64,000 nucleotides of DNA from Mobula hypostoma (Eukaryota). The DNA lies in the NCBI RefSeq assembly GCF_963921235.1, contig NC_086102.1, forward strand, positions 163,494,001-163,558,000. The letters are read 5' to 3'. Shown here one piece after another: positions 51,371 to 64,000 of the stretch. Under the pieces are notes generated by a model. It did no database searches and was not told the origin of the DNA. It saw only the letters and a list, made by a program, of their open reading frames with translations. The translations under genes were made by a program, and so were the position numbers. Numbering within the stretch: position 1 is the first letter of the stretch; every line of letters begins with the position of its first letter.

Positions 51371-54300
51371 AATGTAGAAATTACCATATATCAGTTTTGG
51401 TCATTACGCTCCATCCTTGGGAATCCGCAGATAATTCGAAATTAGCCTATCCACTTTCAGTTGTTGCAAGTTAGCTGCATTCCTTTCCTAGGAACAAGGA
51501 TTTGAGCTCTGACTCCGGAGAAAGGAAATTTTAGAACAAATAATTTAGTGTGTGCATCATCGTCTGTCACAGATACATCTGTACTTTTGGAAACTTTCGA
51601 ACCTTCGCTTTTGTTTTAATAGCTTGCTAATTAATTTTCTTAACACGCGACATATTCTGTCGGATAGCATATAAGTTATCATTCTTTATTAATACAGTAA
51701 GACATTCCTTGGATAACGAAGACAATTTCTAAACATTTTGTTTTTGTTGACAGACGCAAATGCTGCATTCAGACCAAATTCAAATTTCGAGATGTGATTC
51801 AGGAACTTGGAGAAATGTCTGTCGAGGTTAAATATAATGAAGCTATTTTGAATAGGCCAATTTTCATTTTTTTACTTCTATAAATGAAAGTTTCCCTTAA
51901 CAGATATCTGCAAATGTCTTTTTTAATATATTGCATTTTAAATGACAATCTGTTATTTACATTACCTAAAATAACTGTCCGGCGAGTGTGAATTTAACGT
52001 AATATTTTAACACTAACAGGAAATGTATAAATCACATAACTTTTTGAAGTTTAGAGCCTCGTGAACTGCGGGAACCCCCCACCCAAACCCCACCCCCCAC
52101 CCCTTATGACTAACAGCAAAACATGGCTGAACTACAAAATGTAGAATATTCTCAAGACACTACATTTACTCAAGGTGCACGTATTCCTTCACTGGTTTGC
52201 AAAATAAAAGCAATAGCTATGCAAAAAAAAAGTTTAATATACTATACGTTCGAAAATCGTTTTTCTTTATAAAAAGAATTAAAATCGGCTGACCGCCGAT
52301 GCTTTCCAGCCATCTCGACCTTTATTTCCGATATAGTTTGACTTGCGTAACAGCGAGATTGTGATTTGAAAAGCGTTCGAATCTACATCGGAGTACAACA
52401 TTGCAATTCTTTGAATGTGACGCCAAACAAGGAAAATTGAGCCTATGAAAGCATGTATGTAACTATAAATGTAAATTGTTATATTGCAAAAATAACTTAT
52501 TATAGATGAAAATAAAGTTCACTAGTGCAGAAATTTCTGTTCGTATTCTTTTTTATTATTTTTTAATGCTTTGGTCAAAGTATTCTTGTCATTACCCGCA
52601 TATGACCAAATATCACGCATGACCAAAGTCTGTCAGATTGAAATACGTAAGTGGCTACATTTACGGCTGATTTAGATTCTATACGATCAACCTGGAACGA
52701 TCTGAGAATAACCCCTAGCATCTACTATCTTAGCTGAATAGAAGCGTATTACTGTTGATTAGAGACCGAACTTTTTTTTTTGTTGGTTACTGAATAAATT
52801 TTCTGGAATATACAGACCACTATTTTATTAAGAAGCTACTTAGACGATCCATGTGTGTATCCAGGCGCATACACATATAAAACGTGACATCCGGTCGATG
52901 TCAGGGTAAGGCATGTGTACTTCAATTAGAAGAACAAGCATACAGTGGGGTCTTTGCTTATTTAAAATAGCAATGATCTCAGCTCAAATCAAAATATTAA
53001 AACCCTCTGCAATTATCGTTAGTGGCAACGAGCACTCCAGAAATACAGAAAAACCAATTAAAAGATTGAATAGTAAGCATTATTGCAGCTAAATGATTAG
53101 AAATGCAACCCATCCAACATAGCATGCATAATCATACCGCATTTTAAACTTCCTGATTGAGTGTCATATTTATCTTGTTTTGCTGAGGTAAGTTACGTCG
53201 TTGCAGTTGCTATTCATAGAGCCGTGGAGTATACAACTTGTTCAATTATGTTCTGGCTGCAGTATGACTTCTGTTATTCAATATAGTTACTGTGAAAGTT
53301 TAATGTACTGGCAAAAGCCTTAATGTAATAAGTGATAAACATTAGACGATCAAACAGTATTAGCCAACGGCACTGAAGAATACTGTTCAATAATATCGCA
53401 ATAGCTGTGAGCAGAACAGGAATTAAGCGTGGCCTTTGTTCTCGTCTCGTGTTCAGAGCTTAATGCCCGTTGCCCACAAATATCTAGCATACTGCAGAAC
53501 GTTGAAGAATTAGCGTTAATTCCGCTTTACAAGATGTGTTCTTTTAAACATATAGCTTAGGTTTGCATATTATTCTCTTACATGCGACATAAAGCGATAT
53601 ACGAAACGGCATTGTAGGACGTTTATTTTCTTACGCAATTCTTCGAAGCGACAACCTATGGTTTCAGTTCGACGGTCCAGGAAAATTGTCGTCCCAATTT
53701 TTTTTCGCATCGCACGGAAAATTAAATATTTCCAAATTGGAAAGCAACATTCATTGGTCAAGCAAAGTACACCGTCAGTGGCATGTTTGGCTTCTGCTCT
53801 CCAAAGAGAGACACTAACTTGACCTTAACTTTGTTATGGCGCCCCCAGTATCTGGAGAACATGTAGAGACACCGTCTGGCAGCTCGACCATAAAAATGAG
53901 ATGAAAAAGATATTCTGAGCATTCTACAGAATGTTGACCAATTTCTCAAAGCTTGGGGTAATACTGCTGCAAATTCCATAACATTGTTACGGTAAATGTA
54001 GGTGTAAATGCTATTTATCTCAGTTAAATTTATCCAGAAGCTGATTGTAAATAAGCTAGCGGAAATTTGGTTCATATTTAATGGCAATCGAAGGTGTTAT
54101 GCAATGGGATAACTTTCAGAAATTCGGCGCTGCGCTCAGCACTGACCATCCTGCATTAGATAACACTAGTCGATAAATTAGCATGATGACGTTTTTAAAT
54201 ATTATTTTAATTCAATTTACAAATCAATTCGTAATGTCGAAATGCTAGAATCCCTGCCTTTATTTATTTCCAATTAATATTTTAAGCTAGAATGGCAATA

Positions 54301-57300
54301 ACATTAACAAGTATTTTTAATATTACTGAATTTGTGGTCTCATAGTTTTTACTTCAGGCTCTGGAAAGACCGACGTATTTTAATATGTCTGTATATCAAG
54401 GTGCAGCCTATGATTTAAAGTTAATGGAGCTGTGGAAATATTACCGTTATCGCGATTGCATTGGGAGTTCTCCTAACTAATGAACAGCGCATTTGCAAAT
54501 TACTCTGTGTACATTTTTAACGTACTTTATAGTACAACTCACGGAATATTATGCAAATATATACTAATCCTAGTAAAATAGAATTTGATGGAAGCTTTGG
54601 CCATTTCGTTATATATCTTATATGGCAAGATGATGCAGGAAACTTTACCCGTGTGTCCTAATCTGAAGAATTTCTCCCATAAAACCTGCCTTCCTGGAAA
54701 GTAAAAGGCTCCAGACAATGACAGAGCTTCTCCTTTCATTGCCTAATTCACAGGAACACGGGAAAATGTATGCAACATCTGGGCTACAGGCACCAATTTT
54801 TCTTTCATTTACTTGCCAGAAACATGAAGCTCGGGAAATAAGACATGAAAAGTCAGCTTACCACGAAGAAATATTTCAGTCTTGCCCTATGATCACTTTA
54901 ATTCTGTTAAACATGTGGGCGCATTCTTTACAGCGCAATTCTCTATTTGCATGCGTTGCCCGCAACAGAACAGTCGAATTTCATAAGCACGTTGTCAATA
55001 TCACGAAATCTAATTGTTTGCCTTCAATTTTCGCAATATATTGAAATCCGGTGAAATGTTGTTGCCGAATCTCAAAAAGATATGCAACATAAAATAATTG
55101 CATTTGATATATGTATATTTCTTTGCGTTGGTATGTTCCAATGAATGTTTTAAAGGATTCATGAAAATTGGACGGTGCGTGCTTAATGGGAGCCCAGTCT
55201 GAAAGTCACTAGCTGCTTTCTGCCCACCCACTCCCTGATTTGCTAGAAAGAGAAGTAACTCATTTGTTCTCGTTTACATTTTCTGCTAAATGCCTGGACG
55301 CAGGCACAGGAAGTTTCACCAGCAGTCCGCATTCATTGCCAATCATAACTTAATTTCATATTAACATTTCAATGAAAAATCTACCATACTTGAAGCCGTC
55401 AATTTAAACATTTGTTAGGATCCCGCCGTAATCTTGTCCATAAAACGAAAGCAAAATGATCCTCATCACCAGAGGTTGCTGTCGTTTGACTCCATTCTTG
55501 AAGGTCGATCGTTATTGCTATGTTTCTCAGGAAACTGTAATTTCTAAAGAGCCTGAGTCGACGTAGTAGTAGTAGTGTTAAAAGTAGGTCGCCGTGGGAG
55601 ATTAAATGAATTAGAGTATAATTATTGCTTCAAGTGAAGTAGACCGCATCTTTTAACTGATCGAATAAATGCTAATCTACTGGCAGAATAGGTGAATTCA
55701 TCTAAACTGTTCCGTGCAAGTTTGCGTTTAATTAATTACTCTTATGATTGTTTATTCTTTCTGCAGATTTGGAAAATGAATAATTTAAAATTAATGGATA
55801 ACTCTTACATCGTGGGACACCTAAATATTTCCCTTCAAATCATGGTTAATTGTGCATGAAAATTGAAACTTTGGATAATACCTCCCAAACGGGAGAATTA
55901 AGTAGCTTCAATCCACATCAGAATTCATTAGATTAAAAGTAAAAGGGGAGATCATGGGGCGTGTAAAGTATTACCGGTTTCTACTTGACTCAATTTTCGC
56001 TTTAATATGCGGAGATATATTTGTTTAGTTTAGTCTTCATTTAGCATGCTTACAGTTTCCGCGTAACAAAATATTCCAGCGGCCGGCAGATAGCTTAGAT
56101 TGATCGGTAAAATCAGGAAATGTACTGAGGAGCTTGTGTCGTAACGGAATGACATTGGTACAATAATAATACCATCGTTTGGAAGCGATTGATTTTGAAA
56201 CTACGTAGGATGTAATTTGTCTGTTCGGCATTTGATATTTCCCAGTTCCGTGACTGCTGCACCAAGTTAATATATGTCTAAATTTAAAAAAAACGAGCGT
56301 ATACATACTGAAATATTTAGAAACCGGCCCTTCAATAAGTATGTTGCTGGATTGAAACAACAGCAATAAATCAATTGTATAAAAAAAAGAGGTGTGCGTT
56401 TTTTTCTTTTTTTTATTATGTTTCGAGTGGGTCTTCACAGGACGCAAGAAAAATGCAAGTATGTGGCTTCGTGTACTTTGTTTATTTAATTTCCGAGTTC
56501 CGACGCAGTTGTTTATTTGTGTTATCGCTGTTCACCTGTAATCTCAGTGGAGGAACTCCGAATAATGCAGCCGAAATCGGCGCAATCTTCAAAACAACGT
56601 GGCTCCACTTACATTGTAACCTGGCACAGAATGCAAATACTTCGTGCATCTCTTCCTGATTAAACCTCATTGCTATCATATCATACATTGCCATCATATA
56701 TCCCGTAAACGCGCTCCCTTCGAAAGATTTATTTAATTCTCCTGGTCAAATGTACATCCTTATAAGATTTTCAAACATATTAGAATTAATCGATTATCGG
56801 CTCCAATTTTACAAGATAATTACAAGTAAAGAACATGAAGTATATACAAATGGAAATTTGTTTCGACATACGTTTTATTATTACTCAATTTACATAGAGT
56901 GCATGCATAATAATTATATATTTACCGTTAAAATGCGAATGTTCCATTCTAATTACCTGTTGTACTTACATTCTCCAAATGCAGAATATCTGTTTGTTAC
57001 TCAAGTAGACAGTCATGGGGCAATTTAAACAAACCGAAAAAGCGAAATAATTACAAATATCATTGAAACTTATCAATACTGATGAGAGGGCGTTGGCACG
57101 TTATCCACGGACAGCAAGATACAGGCTACAAAAAGTCAACTTTTTGCCTTTTGGCCAAATTCCCACTATAACAAATTTTCACGAGGTATCCGTAGTTTGC
57201 ATCTCAATCCCTGCATGCTGCTGAGGTTTAACTAAGCCAACACGCCCTGGACTAGGGGCAGTGGCAATGTAACGGTAGATTGCTGCTTTATATGACAGCA

Positions 57301-57429
57301 CGTCAAAAGAGCACCTTTCCATTAAAAATGGATATTCTTGATCTACATGCTTTCTGCGAGCAAGCTTAATTACCATTTTAAAAAGTTCAACTCACGACAT
57401 TAAAACTCACATTTAGACTTTACTTTGGT

Positions 57430-57668
57430 CTAAAAGAGCGACAGCGTTTGTTCGCGCATAACAAGTCTTTTCTTTTTCATGCGCCGATTTTGAAACCAAA
57501 TTTTAACTTGCTGGTCGCTCAGATTTAGTCTATCAGACAATTCCTTCCTCTTTTGCCGATTGATAAACTCGTTCGCAAGGAATTCATTTTCAAGTTCAGC
57601 TATCTGTTGCTTCGTGTATGGCTTACGTTTCCTCCGTGACCTCACTTGGGTTGGGCACCATGAAAGCC
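57430..57668 (-). CDS. hoxd12: HoxD12 exon 2 (homeodomain)
   Basis: [79 protein letters not shown]. Acceptor tttgcAG at 57670-57669. Confidence 0.96.
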
Positions 57669-57754
57669 CTGCAAATCGAAATTGGAAAATAAAATGTTGA
57701 GGAAAATGTAGTACATTTACCACAACCTTTCAAAACAAAGCCGCTTAAAATTTT

Positions 57755-57797
57755 AGCAACACACTACCAGCATCTGCAGATTTTCTCTTGTTTGCCA
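57755..57797 (+). mobile_element. Tiny fragment of the same retroelement tail as 43752-43841, in the HoxD12 intron
   Basis: ccagcatctgcagattttctcttgtttgc matches 28 of 29 nt of the copy at about 43812-43840. Confidence 0.7.
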
Positions 57798-58385
57798 GTT
57801 AAAATTTGAGTGTAATTTTTTAGTTCGCACCTTATCTTTGCGAACAATTCAGGATGAATTCTCTAAAACTGGTGGTCTTTAGACTTACAAACGAAATTTA
57901 ATACTATTAAATTACTTAACGATTCCAGAAGCCAGGCAGAATATACACAAATATTTAAATAAGGTATCCGATTACCTTAATATTATACCATTATTAACGC
58001 AGATAACCCATTAACTTAGATTCGAACTAAGAGATATCCCTGATATTTTGGTTTATAAGTAAAATGTGTTCTTTTCATCTTATAAAAGTTGGCTAAAATT
58101 TAAACAGATGCATTAACGATGTGATTTTGCATGTTAGTATGGTAACTATTTATCACTAATGGACTTCCTTCATGGTTTGAGTTTCATTGTTTGTTGCTAT
58201 CTCGTCAGAACAGATTTTCTTTTGTATCTACAATAATTATTTCTCTGGTGGTTTTGGCTGCTTTAAGGATTACTGATGTTCAACAAAAAAGTAATTCTCG
58301 TGAAGATGACAAGTAGCACTTTGAACCCGAAAGGACACCGCATTTTTCAAATGGTCATCGCTTTAATATGGCATTGATACTGTAC

Positions 58386-58965
58386 CATCGGAGGATCTGT
58401 TGCACACTGGCGTTACTGATGACTGTAATGACACATTGAGGCTCACACATTGCTTGACGCCTTCATTTACAGAGGGAGAGTTGGAATTCATTTCAAAGCC
58501 TTGACTATGTAATGACGAGCCATGGAGAGATGTTTCCACGTTTGGGTACTCGTACTTGGCAGGGCTAATGTTGACTGAAGAGGGGACACTGGTATCACTT
58601 GGATAGGACTGATTGTGCCTGCATCTCTCCTCCGGTTTTCGGCTGCTGTCTTGGAAGTAGTATTTGCTAGGCTCTTCACTGGCTGCTGCTTTGTCTGATC
58701 CATGCCTATTAATGCTGATGGAGACAGAGTTGCTGAGATAGGACTGAGAGTAGCCGCTGAAGGCGCGGCTCTGCGGCGGCGATGCGCATGGACTCGAAGT
58801 CCACGGGAGCGAGCACACCTCTCTGCGGGTGTAGGAGAGTGCTGGTGACAGACTTGCGAGTTGAGCCGCATTCGGACGCAGGTTGGGGAAGTAGAAGGGC
58901 TCCGGGCTGGCAAAATTTAACAGGGAGCCGACATAGCCTGAATTTAGCAGATTGTGTTCGCACAT
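58386..58965 (-). CDS. hoxd12: HoxD12 exon 1
   Basis: [39 protein letters not shown]. Donor G|GTACAG at 58385. Spliced length 272 aa. Confidence 0.95.
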
Positions 58966-61480
58966 TTCCGACAAGCGCGATCAGATCTTCTCTGACTCCT
59001 ATTTAGCTTCCAGACAGAGATAAATGAAAGCCGCGTGCCGATTGGCTCCAAGAGGGTCACAAGGCAAGCGGAAGCAGCTTTTTTATTGGCACCGCCTACG
59101 TCTCAATACAACTCGCTGCTGAAATGCCCCAAGTCCACGTCCATGTGTACTTGCTGGTTTATCCACTTACCCGCTGTTAGTGCAACGCCGTTCACCGGTG
59201 AATGGAATGCGTGTATAGTCCAGAAAAACACTTGAAAGTAATAATTTTGAAACACATTTATATTAAAAAATTATACTGAATACCTTCTCTATTGGATACA
59301 TTGCACATTTTATATATTTGATATACATGATTTTTAATCTGTTTTAAAACCGAATTATCCATGTTCTTTTATGTATTTCAAATCAGTTTCAAAAGATATT
59401 TAAAATATAAAACCGGTATGACGCATTGGCCGACAAAATAAATTATTCTACAATACCATATCTAGTTAGCTCGAATAATTAGCTAACATAAAATTTCTGG
59501 TCTATTAATATTTGGCACGTTTCTTTTATGTTTCTTTTATTTGTGTATTAGTGAATATGTTTGTGCTGTCCAAATCCACTGGAGATCACAAATACAGTGT
59601 GAATAAATTCAGCACGCTGCATATTTGGTTCTGCTTCCATTTTTGTCAAAAGAACGAATAAAGGATGTCTTTTTTCAAAAATCAAACACATGAAAGGCAA
59701 CTCAAACCTAAAAAGATTAGAAGATGTACTCCGTGCTAAATTAAATTAAATAAAACGAATATGTTAGGTTAGAAACAATAAGTATAGATCAGTTGCTGTT
59801 GATTAGCAAGAATATACACAATAATAATAAAATTACACAATTCCGCACAATATTATTGTCTTTGCTGTAAAATAATTGGCGATTATACTCTCAGTGTCAT
59901 CGTTAATTACAACACTTAGGGCATTTTGATTTTATTTTTAAAAAATGCATTAAGGTTCCAATTCACTTGTAAGTGGAAAATAAAATGGCCTTGTTTCCAG
60001 TCTGTCCAGATTTGAGTTGGATAGGACTATGCAGTACCTAGAATATGCGGCTGAGCTTAAAAAAGCGGAGGATAAATTCGATTATAAATTTCTGTTTATT
60101 GTGCGTATATGAAGTAGAATTTTGTAAGTTCAATTTGATCTTTCTTTAATTTGAAGGATTTTAGTTGGAAAGAAAATGTCTGAACGTTATCATCCGTAAA
60201 TTAGACAACCCCAGACCCCGATTTTAAAGGTTAACGAAAACAAACGTCGAATAAGTCTGCTAGAATAAAATACAAACAGGTTCTCCAAAAGTAGTGACAA
60301 AATTAAAAGAGCAATGGTCTTTTACGTTTTCCTGTTTTAAAATTTCGATTTGGCTGAATTTTTGCAACAACGGGCACGATTGATCAAATCGACAAAGTAT
60401 CAACCAATTATCGGATTAAAGATTGTCCGGTTATCAAAACAGCAAAGCAAGTGCAATAACATCAACCGAAATGTGGATATCTTTATCAAACTCCACAGTG
60501 TATCCTGTTAATTGTGATGTTAGGTAACCAAAAGTCACCCATGCCTCCTGAAGTAGCAGAAACAGCGTTGCATCGACTGCAAAAATACACTACCTACTAT
60601 TTGTTTATTGTTAATATAAATTATTCCAACTATTTAATTTAACAATGTTTTATACTTTGCTATTTATACTTACCTACAGTTTGACAAAAACTGTTGTCCT
60701 TTCAGTTAAAATCACGAGCAGTAAAATCAAAGCGGACACCACCATCACATCCTCACCGGAAGGAGAAACGACTGTTTGTCCTCTTGTACTTTTATGATCT
60801 CACGATTCCCTACAAAAATCCCGAAAATGGTTTCTGTACGGAGACATTAAAATCCACGAGCAGTTGCAAACAAAGGCGCTGGACTGAAGCTGGAGCTCTG
60901 CTGAATCTCAAAAAAAACCTTGAAGTTGCTCTAAAATGAAAATGTGGCCCATTTCAAGGTCAATGTCGAATGAGATCAAATCGCAATTTTCAACGAGAGT
61001 ATATACTTGCAATAAGATCGATATGTGTTTCGCCATTTCAGTTGTAAGCTGGTGTCAGGTTGCGCACAATGAAATTTTCATTTGATTTAACGTAACCAAG
61101 GAATGCAACTGGGTCGCGATTCCTCACTTTACACCCTCTATAACAAAAGCTGCTTTATTGTTAATGACATTTCTCAAAGCTCTTGTGCGATCCCGGTTAC
61201 ACTTTTAAGTTCTGTCTATGATATATATCGCGACACATTGAAAAATACGAAAGAAATATAGAACCAAAAATGTATATGTTATACAATTCATCGAAACTAG
61301 ATTACTTACAAGATAACATCAAAGCCGGGATGTGTTTACTTTTCCGAGACGTGAACACAAAATAGTCTTAAATATATAAATATCAAATTGTGCATAAATT
61401 CGTGCAAACACCCTAAATTTAAATGATGTGACATGTTAAATCTCAGTTATTAACGCATTGTACACCGCCCTTCGAAAATT

Positions 61481-61570
61481 TCACTTAAATTGGTTTAGTC
61501 AAAGACTTATTTTGTCGTGCTTTATCTCATTTAAATTGGTTTCGTCAAAGGCTTATTTTATCGTATTTTT
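61481..61570. repeat. 46-bp tandem duplication (2 imperfect copies)
   Basis: ttaaattggtttagtcaaagacttattttgtcgt at 61485 and ttaaattggtttcgtcaaaggcttattttatcgt at 61531. Confidence 0.8.
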
Positions 61571-61737
61571 GTTGAAGCATGAAAACGTTGCTAAATTATC
61601 GAAGCAACCTATCATTAAGACTATGTAGCGAAACCAAACAGTTGACCTTATTCTAATACTGGTCCACAGCCGACCGACCATCTTGAAGCCCGCTCTTCAT
61701 TTGTAACAGGGTTGCCTCATGTTTTACATCAGTTTAT

Positions 61738-61751
61738 CCAGCAGATGGCGA
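61738..61751 (+). promoter_or_regulatory. CTCF-like motif between HoxD12 and HoxD13
   Basis: CCAGCAGATGGCGA matches the CTCF core closely. Confidence 0.65.
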
Positions 61752-64000
61752 ACTAGTTCTGTGATCAGCACAGTCTTTGTTATTCATGATGCTAAATAAA
61801 GTCAAGGTCAAAGACTAATAACAATAGTCAAGGTCAATGGTAAATAGAAATCTGACGTCAGAGGGCTGAACATCCTTCCAAAAATATGTTTTAATGCTAC
61901 AAAGCGCTATCAAATTTAACCGAGTAAAGTCAGCTTGTATGCATATGTCGCATATAACAACATAGGGTTGGAATGTAACACGAGAAAACATATTATTTTA
62001 AATTTGTTTCTATGGTTGACCAACAGAACTCACTACAACGCACTGGAATATAGTTAGCAATTGTTAACAGCTGGTAAATAAAGATGGCGGGGTCAACAAC
62101 ATTATCACCTACTAAGTTCGTGCTCATATAAAAGCCATGAATCTTACTTAATTCCAAATTTCATCACATAACGTGCCTATTTTTTTTAAATAAAACAAGC
62201 ATAAAATATTTATTCCACCTCCAACTTTCTTGCCACTTTAATATTCCCCCATTTTTTTCTTCAAGGAGTGCGTTGAAAATCCAGGCCATATTTTGATTGC
62301 TGTGAACATGTTACTTATATTTTTTAAATATTTACGCACGGTCGCAGAAAGAGAGATTACAATTAAATACTTACATTAGACATCTTAGCGGATATCTTCA
62401 TCTATCCAAATAAACTCAGGAGAAATAAAATTAGGTCGACGGTTTGCACATTTAATTAGATATGATAGAACGAGATTTAATTGGGAATATTTTGACAAGC
62501 TTTAATCTAAAGTAGTTGATTCTAATACTGTATCCACATTGCAATCCAGTTTACACACCCCCAATAATTATTTGGGAAAATCCTTGCACAATATTAGAAT
62601 GGTTACGTGAATGAAATGTTGCGTTATTGATCTGTAAACGCGAAAATGAGATGGTGCAATTGAATAAGATTTTGAAGAAATCTCGAAATTGTATTCAAGT
62701 GTACTTCCAAGCTACTTTGAATTTCATTCATGTCATGATTATCCCCATTCAGTCCTTGTCGTAACTTGTTTAGAAACTCAGCAACCTGGATTACTTGAAT
62801 ATATCGAGTTATTATGTTTACAGAATATCCGGGAAGCAAATGCTGGATCGGCATACCAGCATTTGTCGTTAAAAATCAAACAATGTTTTAATGTTTTAAA
62901 TCAAATCAGTTTTACTTCCTTCCAATTTACGAATACAATGAATTTTATTTGAATTTCGCCGATAAATCTCAATATTGCGGTGAATTGCAAAATGTTCATC
63001 AAAGTATTGTACAGTTTAATATGTTACATGTCGATGGGGTTAAAAAAAACCGAATTAATTTACAAGAAATATAAAACAGTTGAAGAGGGATTTGTTTTAA
63101 TTTTTTTTACATAGCATAAATCCATGTAAGGAAACAACGCAAGATCAAATTTGCTTCGTCCTGGGTAAAGGAAACAAGGGAAATATGAACAAAGGTTATT
63201 TTTTAAATGCAGTACATAAAATGAAGTACAGGAATGATTTTCACTATTTGCTCATATAGAAATTGCGATTACATTAAAGAAGTAATCTAAGTATACAGCG
63301 TAACAAGTCATTAGTTAGAAAATAGCCGAAAGAGGTTCAATTAAAGACGTCGCATTCAAAACTTCAAAGGAGTTTTCAAATATATTAGCACTTGTTTTGA
63401 AAATAACAATCCAGAACAAAATATTCAAAAGGCAGAGACACCGCCTTTCATATTTTCACTCATAACATAAAGATACATTAAGACGTTTAAATTTGACAAA
63501 TATTTCACTTGAAACCGAAATTTATCTTTAATGATTACATTTGCTTCTGGAAATATGTTACTGCAGAATTTTCTGGTGTAAATCAACAGAACGTTTTTTC
63601 GGTATAAGGATTAAATAATTGGTTATGAGCATGATTGTAAATTCGCTGCGATTGATATAGCATTGGTATGGCGTCCCGCCGCACACAGTCTGCGCGTATC
63701 TCTGTTGCAAATAATCTCTAACGGGCATTGACATAAAATTGACTATACCTTCAATCATTAGATGATTGTTGCTAGTATATGCGATTACCATTTGAACCCA
63801 TTCATAATGTGACAAAACATTGAAATGTAAATAAATATCGCTGTACGTCAAGAAAGCTAAGGTCAAACTTTACTTAATGTCAGCTTTCGGGTCTAAACGT
63901 GTTATCAGTTGTAGTCGCCATTTTATCTGTATACTGTGAGACCTCCCGTAATTTATCTGAATTCACTAAACATTCTTTAGACAAAAAATGAGCATTATTT

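Noticed and set aside
59200-64000. HoxD13 coding sequence
   Set aside because: No homeobox visible. The gene presumably lies beyond the window, though its 3' UTR may overlap the end.

Overview
AT-rich but CpG-retaining vertebrate genomic DNA containing the core of a cartilaginous-fish HoxD cluster. All genes are on the minus strand in canonical order: HoxD12, D11, D10, D9, D8, D5, miR-10b, D4. HoxD13 and HoxD3 should lie just outside the window. An intact HoxD5 and elasmobranch-type retroelement tails point to a shark or ray, probably a batoid; that assignment is inference. All seven genes have two coding exons with canonical phase-1 GT-AG introns and intact homeodomains. Recognisable cis-elements include the 5' and 3' Hox4 DR5 RAREs, the Hox4 intronic HB-1 element, the H8/7-6 four-cluster sequence, a near-perfect miR-196 site in the HoxD8 3' UTR, a composite nuclear-receptor element between D10 and D11, and CTCF-like motifs. 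The most interesting observation is a decayed but register-preserving homeobox between HoxD5 and HoxD8, which looks like a fossil of the lost HoxD6 gene. Other points of interest are enrichment of TCAAGGTCA (NR6A1/NR5A/ERR-type) sites in the posterior half, a second HB-1-like element upstream of HoxD9, a chain of putative non-coding leader exons including a 27-nt micro-exon, and several retroelement insertions inside a normally TE-poor cluster. All comparisons with other species are from recall; no database searches were run.
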